Assembly (NCBI GenBank): GCA_038087875.1
Contig: CM075991.1
Coordinates: 10,046,001-10,110,000, forward strand
Direction: 5' to 3'
Source: Malacoraja senta
Taxonomy: Eukaryota
DNA length: 64,000 nucleotides
Shown: positions 39,301 through 51,300 of the stretch, one piece after another
How positions within the stretch are numbered: the stretch's first letter is position 1
Layout: every line of letters starts with the position of its first letter
The notes under the pieces: model-generated
The model's database searches: none
The model's input: the letters and a program-made list of their open reading frames with translations, nothing else
What the model was told of the DNA's origin: nothing
Position numbers and translations under genes: made by a program

Positions 39301-42300
39301 TTTAGCTCTCACGGTCATAAAGTCACAGAGGCATTCTGCACTGATTATAATCGGATGTTGTGTCCTTGGTTTCAAAGAGCTGTCAATCGGGATCACTCGA
39401 GGAATCAGGAAATGGGATGAATCTGGATCTAATTCCCAATCCGGTAAGTAGTTCTTCCTCAGTTAGTAGAATGCAAACATTGTCGCTGTTACAAACACCT
39501 CTATGTCAAAATTATGCAGAGCCATTTCTACCTTCAACAGTTCTCCTTATTACAGCCTCGGGTAGAAGTGTTTTGCAATTATCTTTGAGAGCTCATTTTA
39601 TGTCTTATGAAGGGGTAGGGTTGGGGGTGGGGGGGGAGGGGTGGGGGGGGGGGTGCTGAAGTGAGCATCGGATAAAGATAAAGGTGCAGCCTGTAGATTC
39701 TGTCACCTGAAGATGAGGTCACTCACCTGAAAATCTGTGAGATAATTTAAAGTGTTTCCATAGCATTAGTGTTCCAGGAAATAATGTTCATGGAACTGAC
39801 ATATACCACTACCTCCAAAGCATTTAGAATAAAGGGGAGGCCATTTAGGTCTGAGGTGAGAAAAAAAAAGAGTTGTGAATGTGAGGAATTCCCTGCCACA
39901 GAGGGCAATGGAGGCCAAATCACTGGATGGATTTAAGAGAGAGATAGAGCTCCTTGGGCTGGTGAAATCAAGGGATATGGGGAGAAGGCAGGCACGGGTT
40001 ATTGATTGGGGGACGATCAGCCATGATCACAATGAGTGGCGGTGCTGCTCGAAGGGCCGAATGGCCTCCGCCTGCACCTATTTTCTATGTTTCTATGTAT
40101 CTGTAAGACTTCCTCTCCCATTATAAATACAGGACAACTTTCCTCTTTCCGTTCCCTCCATAGATGCTACCCAACCAGCTGAGTTCCTCCAGCACTTTGG
40201 GGTTTTCTTTGCTCAACATTCCAGCATTTGCAGTTTCTTGTGTCACGATTTCCCTATCATTTTCCCATAGGGCAAATCAATGTATATTTTCCCTATAGAG
40301 AAAAAAGATAGAATTCCTGAAGGCAAAGGATTAATCTGGGACAATTAGAATCCAACCACTGGAAAGATTCAACGATGGGCTTTTCCATTCCATGTTTTGT
40401 TCCCTGTATATAATGTATCATCTTACCAAATAGATGGAAGGCCTGGTTCTATTGCACAAGAATGTAATGGAGCAGCACCTCATATTTCACTTGGGTAGCT
40501 TACACCCCAGCGGTATGAACATTGACTTCTCCAACTTTAAATAGCCCTTGCTTTCCCTCTCCATCCCCTCCCCCTTCCCATTTCTCCCACCAGTCTTCCT
40601 GTCTCCGACTACATTCTATCTCCGTCCCACCCACTCCCCTGACATCGGTCTGAAGAAGGGTCTCGACCCGAAACGTCACCCATGCCTTCTCTCCAGAGAT
40701 GCTGCCGGTCCCGCTGAGTTACTCCAGCATTTTGTGTCTACCTTCGATTTAAACCAGCATCTGCAGTTCTTTCCTACACAATGTAATGTCCTTGTTGCTT
40801 TATAGGTTCAGGTGGCAGAGAATGATAAGGAGTTATGGGAGTCCCAGGTATTCTGCACTGACACAAGAGGACAATTGCCTCCATTGAGCACAACAAACTT
40901 CAGAGTGGAAGACCAAGGTAAATAGTACACCAACTAGTTGACCTCCACTGAAGAATGTTCAGTGATGACTAAGAATGAATGAATACGTTTATTGGCCAAG
41001 TATTCACATACAAGGAATTTGCCTTGGTGCTCCACCCACAAGTGACCTCGAGGCTCCGGAGGCAGAGCCAGGACTTACCGGCGCGGGGCTGGCCAACTTC
41101 GGGGCTGCGGTGGCGTTCCGGCGGTGGCGACCGAGGACACTGGTGGCGACCTGAATCCGGAGGCTCGGCCGCAGCTGGCCCAGTGGACGACATCTTCGGG
41201 AGCGCGAGGCTGGCCAACTTCGGGGCTGAGGTGGCGTTCCGGCGGTGGCGACCGAGGACACTGGTGGCGACCTCAGCCCGGAGGCTCGGCCGCGGGCCCA
41301 GTGGACGACATCGTCGGGAGCGCGCAGGTCACAGGTTGGTGACCTGTTTTTCTGGGGCTCCCGCAACTACAGCTGCGTCCGCTGGACTGGAGGGCGGCAG
41401 CTTCGACCACCCCGGGCCGCGGAGTTTGAGCCGGCCCGTCGCGGAGCACGGATTCGGCCGCGGGACTGGCTTACCGTCGCCCGGCGGGGCCACAGCATCA
41501 GAAGCCTGGATCGCCTCAGCGCAGAGGGAGAACAAAGCGGGAAGAGACAGAGACTTTAAGACTTTTGCCTCCATCACAGTGAGGAGGTGCCTGGTGAACT
41601 CACTGTGGTGGATGTTAATTTGTGTTTATTGTGTGTTTTGTCATTTATTATTATATGTATGACTGCAGGCAACGAAATTTCGTTCAGACCGAAAGGTCTG
41701 AATGACAAATAAAGGAATCTCTAATGACATACAGTGACAGTTAGGAATGACACATAAAACATTAAACAGTAATAATAAATCGATTAAACATGTGAATTAA
41801 ATAAAATACCAGAGCAAAAGGAGGCTACAGATTTTTGGTTATTGAGTAGAGCTACTACTCGTGGAAAAAAGCTGTGGCAGCTTTGTCTGGCTGTGGGAGC
41901 TTTGACAGTCCGGAGTCGCCTTCCAGAGGGAAGTGATTCAAAGAGTTTGTGGCCAGGGTGAAAGAGGTCAGAGATGATCTCGCTTCCTGGCCTTTGCAGT
42001 GTACAGTTCGTCAATGGAGGGAAGGTTGCAGCCAATAACCTTCTCAGCTGATCAGACGATTCGCTGCAGCCTCCGGATGTCGTGCTTGGTCACTTAACCA
42101 AGTAAATGAAAGGAAAGCCACACATATTTTAAAGGGGAGTGCAAGAAAGGCAGGCATAAATCTGTGAAGTGGGAAGAACAGTTACACAAAGCAATTGATA
42201 AAGTAAAAGAGATGCTAGATATCGCAAATATGCTGTAGAAATTTAATGTAGTTTCAATTTAAGTATGAGAAACTGCTGGAGTAACCCAGAATGTCAGGCA

Positions 42301-45300
42301 GCATCTCTGGAGAACATGGATAGGTGGCATTTTGGGTCGCGACCTTCTTCAGTCTAAACTCAAAATGTCACCTATCCATGTTCTCCAGCGATGCTGCCTG
42401 ACCTACTGTGTCACTCCAGCACTTTGTGTCTTCTTTTGTAAATCAGCATCTTTAGGGCCTGTTTCCGCGCTGTATCTCTAAACTAAACTAAACTAAACTA
42501 AGCTAAACTAAACATGACGCCCAAGCTGCATTGTACTATGCAGTAACTTCCCAGTCTCCCTGGGGCTAAGGTACCACTGAACCTCTATGCCCATATGCTG
42601 TGGAGGTTATAGTTTTGTAAACCGTGTTTTCTCCATTTTCTAGGTTTTGCAAGCCCCAGGTTTATCCGCTGTACAACTTACACGTTCCCCTGCAGTCCGG
42701 AGATGGCCAAACTCTCCCATCTTCCTCTTGCTGCTGTAGTCAAACCTCTTGCTACTCTACCAGAAGGAGAGGTGAGGACTCTTGTCTTTCCACACACTAG
42801 AACAGGCTCTGCGATATTAATTCTCATGGCTTTCAGCATCACCATTGGCATGCTAATGGGGCTGTCCCACTGTACGAGCTAATTCAAGAGTTCTCCCGAG
42901 TTTCCCCTGATTCGAACTCGGAGAATTACGGTAATAGCCGCTCGTGTGTACTCGGGGCTCTCGTGGCCATTTTTTACATGTTGAAAAATCTTCACGAGTC
43001 TTCACGATCTTACCGCGTTTCCCGAGTACCTGCCGTCAGCGTTACGAGCCGCTAAGAGACGTCCCGAGCTCCGACGTACTCGCTACGTACATTCTACGTG
43101 TTTACCACGAGTTTGGGTTTTTTTTAAACTCGGGAGAGCTCTTGAATTAGCTCGTACAGTGGAACAGGCCCTTTGGTGTTGAAGGGCGGACAGGCTATTC
43201 TGACTGGTTTGTCGGATGTGTTTTTGGGAGGAACTATGGTTTGGTCACTGAGCAATCTGAACAAGCAGTCTCAATGAAGGTTCTGAAGAAAGTTGATTTG
43301 GGGATATGGTTAATTCTGGAGCCTCTGAAACTCAGTGGAACCAACTTAAGCAAAGGCTCGAAAATAAAACACAACAGAACATGAACAGGCCTTTCAGCTC
43401 ACAGTGTCTGTGCCGAACATGATGCCAAGATCAACTTTTATCTGCCCATACATAATCTATATCCCTCCATATCCATGTGCCCATCCAAAAGTCCCAAATG
43501 CCTCTATCCTATATGCTTCCACCACCACCCTTGGCTGTTTGTAAAGAAAACTTTTCCTTTAATCTTTGTTCCTCTCACAAAGCTATACCCTTTAGTATTT
43601 GATATTTCCATCCAGGTAAAAAGATTCTGTCTATCTGTGCCTCTCATAATTTTGAATACTTATATCTGGTCTCCTCTCAACCTGTAGCATTCCAGAGAAA
43701 AACAATCCAAGTTTGTCCAACCTCTCCTTACAAAAAAACATAGAAAATAAGTGCAGGAGTAGGCCATTCGGCCCTTCAAGCCATTCAATATGATCATGGC
43801 TGATCATCCAAAATCACTACCCCGTTCCGGCTTTTTCCCCATATCCCTTGATTCCTTAGCCCTAAGAGCTAAATATAATATAACTCTCTCTTAAAACATC
43901 CAGTGAATTGGCCTCCACTGCCTTCTGTGGCAGGGAACTCCACAGATTCACAACTCTCTGGGTGAAGACATTTTTCCTCATCTCAATCCTAAATGGCCGA
44001 CCCGTTATTCTTAAATTGTGTCCCCTGGTTCTGGACTCCCCCAACATCGGGTAAATTTTTCCTGCATCTACCCTGTTCAATCTTCTAAGAACTTGATATG
44101 TTTCTATAAGATCCCCTCTTATCCTTCCAAATTCCAGCGAATACAAACCCAGTCGACCCATCCTTTCATCATATGTCAGTCCAGCCATCCCGGGAATTAA
44201 CTTGGTGAACCTACGCTGCACTTCCTCAATAACAATAATGTCCTTCCTCAAATTAGGAGACCAAAATTGCACACGTCACTCCAGGTGCAGTCTCACCAGG
44301 GCCCAGTACAACTGCAGTAGAACCTCCTTGCTCCTAAACTCAAATCCTCTGGCAATGAAGGCCAACATGCCGTTAGCTTTCTTCTCTGCCTGTTCTATCT
44401 GCATGCTCTCTAATCTATGCAGCATTCAAGTGAATACACTGTGGATGGCTTGGTTGTAATCATGCATTGGTTTTTCCGCTGAATGCATAGCACACAACAA
44501 AAGAGCTTTTCACTGTACCTCAGTACATGGGAAAATAAACAAAACTATATTCAAATCATATTGATGTGGGATATGCAAGCTATGTGCGACTGTTTGAAGA
44601 GATGATTTGCTTTCTGTACTGATCGGATGGTTGCACTTTGACTGATATTGGGTTTTGACTAAAATAAAATCTTGAAAGAAATTGACTAAATAGGCATGGT
44701 GAAATTTGCAAACATGTCCACTGAGAAAATGTGTACTCGGCTGGAAACACTAAAATAAAGAGTTTATTGTTTATTTTAGGCTCCTGTGCATTTGGTGGAC
44801 TGTGGTGAAAGTGACCCTATACAGTGTGAGAAATGTGCAGCCTATATGTGCTCTATGATGCAGTTTCTAGACAATGGGCACACGTTTCAGTGTCCATTCT
44901 GTGACCGTATCTCACCAGGTAAGTGAGTACAGACACTATACGTCTTCATTAAAATGTGGACGATATTATTGAGGTAGCAAAGTTAATATTTTTCTAGGAA
45001 TTGTGAATTAGCAACTGCAGCTGACTTTTGAGATAACATTACAAAATGTCTTTTAAGCTTCACTAAATACCAATGTTAAGGGGCTGTCCCACTTGGTCGA
45101 CCTAATTGGTGAGTTTAGAAGAGTTTGAAAAAATGACGTACTGAAGACCTCCTTCAACTATGTTGAAGACCAGCTTCGACTAGCTACGACTATCTATGAC
45201 TAACTTCGGGAAAATTGGACACCGAATAGTGGAGAGTGAAGACGACCTCCTTCGACCTCCCTCCGACTATGATGAAGACTATCTACGACCTACCTTCGAC

Positions 45301-48300
45301 TACCCTCAATTACCTACGACTAACATGCCGACCTACTACGATTAAACCTACGAGTAAAAAAAAGTTTCGATTTTTTCCATGGCGATCTTTTTTTACTCGC
45401 GGGCATTTTTTAACATATTGAAAAAAACACCACGACCTAGCTAAGGCCTCGAGTACACGGAGACCACTCTCGAGCATGAAGGAGAGTTACGAAGACCTCC
45501 TACGATCTCGTGTTGACCATGCTGCGAGTATGAGTCGAGGGCAAACTCGCCAGAACTCGCGGATTAGGTCGCTTAAGTGGGACAGGCCCGTTACCATGTA
45601 AATTCATGTCAATGCCAATTTGGTGCTCTGCTAAAAAGATGTTTTTTCCCCTTTTAAAACTGACATCAAAAGGAAATAAAGGTGGCTTGGATTGGATTCT
45701 AAATAGCTGCTTCATGTTGCTGTCTGTGTTTCCGTAACCAGTGCCGGATTACTACTTTCACCCCATTGACTACACCGGGAAACGGGCCGATCGTCTTCAC
45801 AGGCCAGAGCTGTCCCTGGGCTCCTATGAGTTTCTGCTACCGGAACAGAAAAGCAAGGTAAGCCACGGCTCAGGACAGCAGCAGGGTGGGGTCCATGGCG
45901 ATCCACTCCATTCCTGCTCAGTTCACGGGGCTGCTGCTATGGTCAGTCCTGAATGAATGAATGAATGAATGAATAAGTTTATTGGCCAAGTATTCACATA
46001 CAGGGAATTTGCCTTGGTGCTCCGCCCACAAGTGACAACATGGCATACATTGATAGTTAGGAATTGTAGATTGGTTATTGCATGTGAACCAATCATAGTA
46101 GAGTAGCATCACTAACCCCACCTTACTGTATGCTTTATATTAACACCTACTTCCTACACTAGGCAGTCTTGGAAGCGGTGATGATGAACTAGCAACTAAC
46201 AACCTGCTGTACTGCTATATTATGTGTATTAATTAAAGATGACTTTAAACTCCAGACTGTGTAATATGCTTATTTACAGGAATGACACATAAAACATTAA
46301 TAATAAAATGTTTAATAATAATAAATGCCTGGCCCATTTGCTTACTGCAAGCTTTCTCATCTAAAACAAGACGGTGTAGGTTTAGGATGAAGATTTAGAA
46401 GTTTAGACAGGATCTGAGCAAGAACTTTTGCACCCTGAGGGTGATTGTAGTCTGTAGCGCACTGCCTGGGGGAGTGGTGGAGATAGAGACCCTCACAAGA
46501 TTTACAAAGTATGAAGAAAGGCATTTGAATTACCAAGGCTTATCAGACTATGGACGTAGTGTTGGTATAGGCCAGATTAGAATAGGCCAGTGTGGATGTG
46601 ATTTGCTTACAGCATGAATGGACCTGTTTCTGTGCTCTATAACTCAATAACAAATATTTCAGCATCTGCAAAGTTTTTCCCTTTAGATTAGTGAAGCCAT
46701 ATCACGTACAGGAAAGCTCCAAAAAATAAATGTCATCAAATGACTGTCAAAAGGAATAACTCGGCAACAAATTAATACTTGCGACTGTAATGGGGGGCAA
46801 CTAACTAGTTGAGTATATCTGGTTGTGTTTGACTGGGAATCATGGTGAAAAAAGTGGCGGTTTCTCCTCTTTGCTCTTCCCACCCAGAGTGGCCGAGTTC
46901 CAGGTTCCGTGGGATTTATTTTCATGATTGATGTATCGTACAACGCGGTGAGGAGTGGCCTGCTTCACTTAGTCTGTGGCGAGTTGAAGAAAGTGGTCCA
47001 CAATCTACCACGGTAAGGAGATGTCAGTAGTGAAACTTGTCCTCGTGTGGTGATTGAACACAGCCAGTGGTAAGGACTGCCAGGTCTTTCTGATAAATGT
47101 GCTGCTCAACACAAAGAATGTGTCTGAAGAAGGGTCTCGACCTGAAACGTCACCTATTCCTTTTCTCCAGAGATGCTGTCTGACCCGCTGAGTTGCTCCA
47201 GCTTTTTGTGTCAATCTTTGGTTTAAACCAGATTCTGCAGTTCCTTCCTACACAAAGAATGTGTCATTAGTATCTCAACCTCAGTGGCACGGTGGCGCAG
47301 TGGTAGAGATGCTGCCTTATACCGCCAGAGACCCGGGTTCAAAATTGACAGCAGATGCTGTCTTTACGGAGTTTGTACATTCTCCCTGTGACCTGCGTAG
47401 GTTTTCCCGTGGACTCTGGTTTCCTCCCACACTCCCATGCTGTCCTTTAATTGAATCTGTACGGGCCAGTTTCCAAACCTGGTTGTTCCTCTATGAGTTC
47501 CCTGTCTCGGCTAAGTTGTGGCAAACAGCCCCTCGGTGAGGGGAGTGTCAGCCTTTGTTGAGAAGCGGAGTGCCTTTCACCGTGCCATTGTTCAACTCGA
47601 GAACCACAGGTAGCAAACCGACTTGGCCTGGGCCACTGGAGACTGGAAACCGCTGTCAGACTCTCATTATAGAGGTGGAACATTGACAAGTGGAGTTTAA
47701 AGATGAGTTCCAGACGTGTTATGTTTAACAGCTTATTAGGATGAGCTTTTGGGGATTTGATGTGGACGTCTTCAGGTGTGGCACAAGCTGTCCCTGCTGT
47801 ACCTTTTGTCGAGTTGACAGGACTTCCCTTTGCTTTAACTCTGGGGCATAATCAGATGGCAATAAAAAAGTGCTGGTGGAACTCAACGGGTCAGGCAGCA
47901 TCTCGTTTAGTTTAGAGATATAGCGTGGAAACAGGCCAGTCGACCCACCGGGTCCACGCTAACCAACAATCTCCCGTACACTAGTTCTATCCCACACAAG
48001 GGACAATTTACAGAAGCCAATTAACCTACAAACCTGCACGTCTTTGGAATATGGATGGAAACCGGAGCATTGGGAGAAACCTACACGGTCACGGGGAGAA
48101 CATACAAAATCCGTACAGGGAGCACCCGTGGTCAGGATCGAACCAGGGTCTCTGGCGCTGTGAGGCAGCAACTCTACCGCTGCGCTTGCACGCTGACCTC
48201 ACGTCATCTATCCATTCCTTCAACAGTTGCGACCTGATCTGGTGAATTCCTCCAGCATTTTGTTTGTTGCTCAAGGTTGCAGCCTCTGCAGTCTCTTGTC

Positions 48301-51300
48301 ATTATGTAATCTGTTGCTTGTTTTATTGCTCAACAGGGAGCCCGGGACTGAGGAGTCGGCTGTGAGAGTGGGATTCCTAACATACAATAATGTCCTGCAT
48401 TTCTACAACGTGAAAAGCTCTCTGGTTCAGCCACAGATGATAGTGATGGCCGACTTGTCCGATATGACAACTCCGATGTTTGATGGGTTCCTGGTCAACG
48501 TGAAGGATTCGGCCGCACTTATCAACAAGTAAGAGTGAAGACATGGGAACTGGCACACTGCAGCCGAGAAATAGCTGAGCATAGCAAAAGAACTGGGGGG
48601 GCACGGTGGCGCAGCAGTAGAGTTGCCGCCTCACAGCGCCGGAGACCCGGGTTCGATCCTGACCACGGGTTCTGTCTGTATGGAGTCTGTACGTTTTCCC
48701 CGTGACCTGTGCGGGTTTTCTCCAGGATCTCCGGTTTCCGCCCACACTCCAAAGACGCACAGGTTTGTTGGTTAATTGGCATGGTATAATTTTAAATTGT
48801 CCCTAGTGCGTGCAGAGTAGCGTTAGTGTGTGGGGATCGCAGGTTGGCGTGGACCCGGTGGGCCGAAGGACCTGTTTCCGCGCTGTATCTCTAAACTAAA
48901 GATTGTCAAAACAGTGGTGCACCACCAATTCCTTGGTCTCCCTGTAAAGAGAAAGTATCTTCTTCACCTTTAAACTGATGGTTGCACCGAATGGAAGGGG
49001 TTTGACCTTCTGCGTGTTCAACAGTGTTCTCTCTGCCCTTCTGTTCCAGTTTGCTGGATAGGATCCCATTGCTGTTTGCAGATACTCCTGAAGCGGATGT
49101 TCTGTTTGGCCCAGCAATCCAGGCTGGTCTGGAAGCTCTAAAGGTAACAAGATGGCAGCTTTGAATTTGAACTTTGAACTTTAGGCAAGTCAGCATGGCA
49201 GTAGGACAGCACAGTGGCGCAGCGGTAGAGTTGCTGCTTTACAACGCCAGAGGCCTGGGTTCGATCCTGACCACAATTGCTGTCTGTACGGAGATTGTAC
49301 GCTCTCCCTTGACCTGCGCGGTTTCCTCCCACATTCCAAAGAAGTACAGGTTTGTAGGTTAATTGGCTTGGTATCATTGGAAATTGTCCTCAGTGCGTGT
49401 AGAGGGATATCCGGGGGTTACTGGTCGGCGCTGACATGGTGGGCCGAAGGGCCTGTTTCCGCGCTGTATCTCGAAACTAAACTAAGTAGGTTTCGCCCAT
49501 TTATTTCATGATAGCCCGAACATTGCAAAAATCAGTTTGCACTACAATCAGACATTGCATGAGAGTCATTGATACTTGGGTCCCATTAATTGATAGTTGA
49601 GGTCTCCCAATGTACTGGCCAACTCGCCTTGGTTTCCGCACGTCTCCACCCACCGAAACCAATATTTCTTGTATTGGATCCTGTACTGGAAACTGATCAA
49701 TGTGAGTCTATGTGTGGCCATTACTTGAGACTTGACAGTTTGACAAGCTCTAGATAAAAGTCTGCAGTAATGGTCTTTAACGAGGCAACTCCTTGCACAC
49801 CAACATCAAAAACAGTGGATGCATTAGCTCTCCACGGGAATCACAGTATGAAAATTATCTCCCAGTAAATTGTAATGGTTTTCTTCAGAGGGACAATAGC
49901 CCCACTTTGACTCACCGTGAGTTGGTCTCAGTCTGTCTGCCTGAGACAAAGGGCAGAGATGAAAAAGCACAAGGGTCTGAGACAAAAGAATTGAAGAGTT
50001 GCAAATTGTGAAGCTGGAGGAAGGAATGTAGGTGGAAGCGGAGGGGAGAAATAGGTTCTGAGTCCAGGTGAGGTACAGGGAGAGGGGGGTATGTAATATG
50101 GGGGGAGGGAGAGGGAAAGGTTATGTAGTTACCAAAAATTGAGAACTCAATGTTCATACTGTTGGGTTGCAAGCTATCCTAGCGGAATATGAGGGAGATC
50201 AGATGGTTGATAACTAGGGGGGGATAGGTTGAGACAGGGCAATATAAGCTGTATTTAACCACTGCAAATGAGAGGGTGAAAACTTTTTTCAGTCACATTT
50301 GCAGTGGGAGGGGGCATAAGAAGAATAAAAGCCCATGGGGAGTTGCATGAGTTAAAGGCAATGAGTTGCACAGTGAGTGCCAACACTAAACGCTGGCACC
50401 ATCTGGTTTTGGAAGAACGCACTAATCATTGTTCCCGTCTTTCTTTTGAACTCCATCAGGCTGCTGAATGCTTTGGCAAACTCTTCATATTCCACAGCTC
50501 CCTGCCCACCGTGGCCGTACAGGGAACCCCGAGGAACCGCAACACTGGCAAGGAGCAGGTATGGAATGGAAAATGGCGCCGAAACATGGCGCCGCCCGCA
50601 TATGTTAATGCGCAAAAAGAATTTTACTTCGCATTTGCATATTTCGTTTTATTTTAGAGATACTGTGCGGAAACTGGCCCTTCGGCCCACCGAGTCCGCG
50701 CTGACCAGCGGATCGCACGGTAACACTATCCTACACGCTAGTGACAATTTACAATTTTACCAAAGCCAATTAACCTACAAACCAAATGTCTTTGGAGTGT
50801 GGGAGGAAGATTGCAACATTCACGTGGTCTGCCCTGTTTCGACTAATGCAATCAACTCGACGTGCACAAACGGAAGATCAAATAGAACAAGTTGTCCAAC
50901 AACTTTAGGCTGTGCACGCCACACGGAAGAAGAAGAAGTCTTTGGAGTGTGGGAGGAAACCAGAGATCCACAGAAACTGGCCCCTACAGCCCAATTTGCC
51001 CCGTCTATGCGAGTCGCACCTGCCTGCATTTGGCCCATTTCTCTCTAAACTTTTTCCATCCACCAACCTGGAAAAATCTTTTAAACGTTGTTACTGGACC
51101 TGCCTCGACTACGTCATCTGGCAGATCGTTCCATATCCGCACCACCCTCTGTGTGTGTGTGTGTGAAAGGTGCCATTCGGGTTCCTATTAAATCTTTCCC
51201 CACCTGTGCCCTCTGGTTCTTGATTCCCCCTGCTCTGGGTGAACGACTCTGTACATTCACCCCATCTATTCCCCTCGTGATTTAAAACGCTCCCCTCATG

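Noticed and set aside
39306..39377. Upstream TAG acceptor for the SEC24-like 'IPNP' exon
   Set aside because: It introduces in-frame stops; the acceptor at 39377 was used instead.
40969..41662. 227-aa and overlapping GC-rich ORFs as a nested gene
   Set aside because: They lie wholly within a GC-rich repeat and show no recognisable domain.
48598..48670. tRNA genes at SINE heads
   Set aside because: The A/B boxes run directly into the SINE body and tail, and there are many diverged copies.
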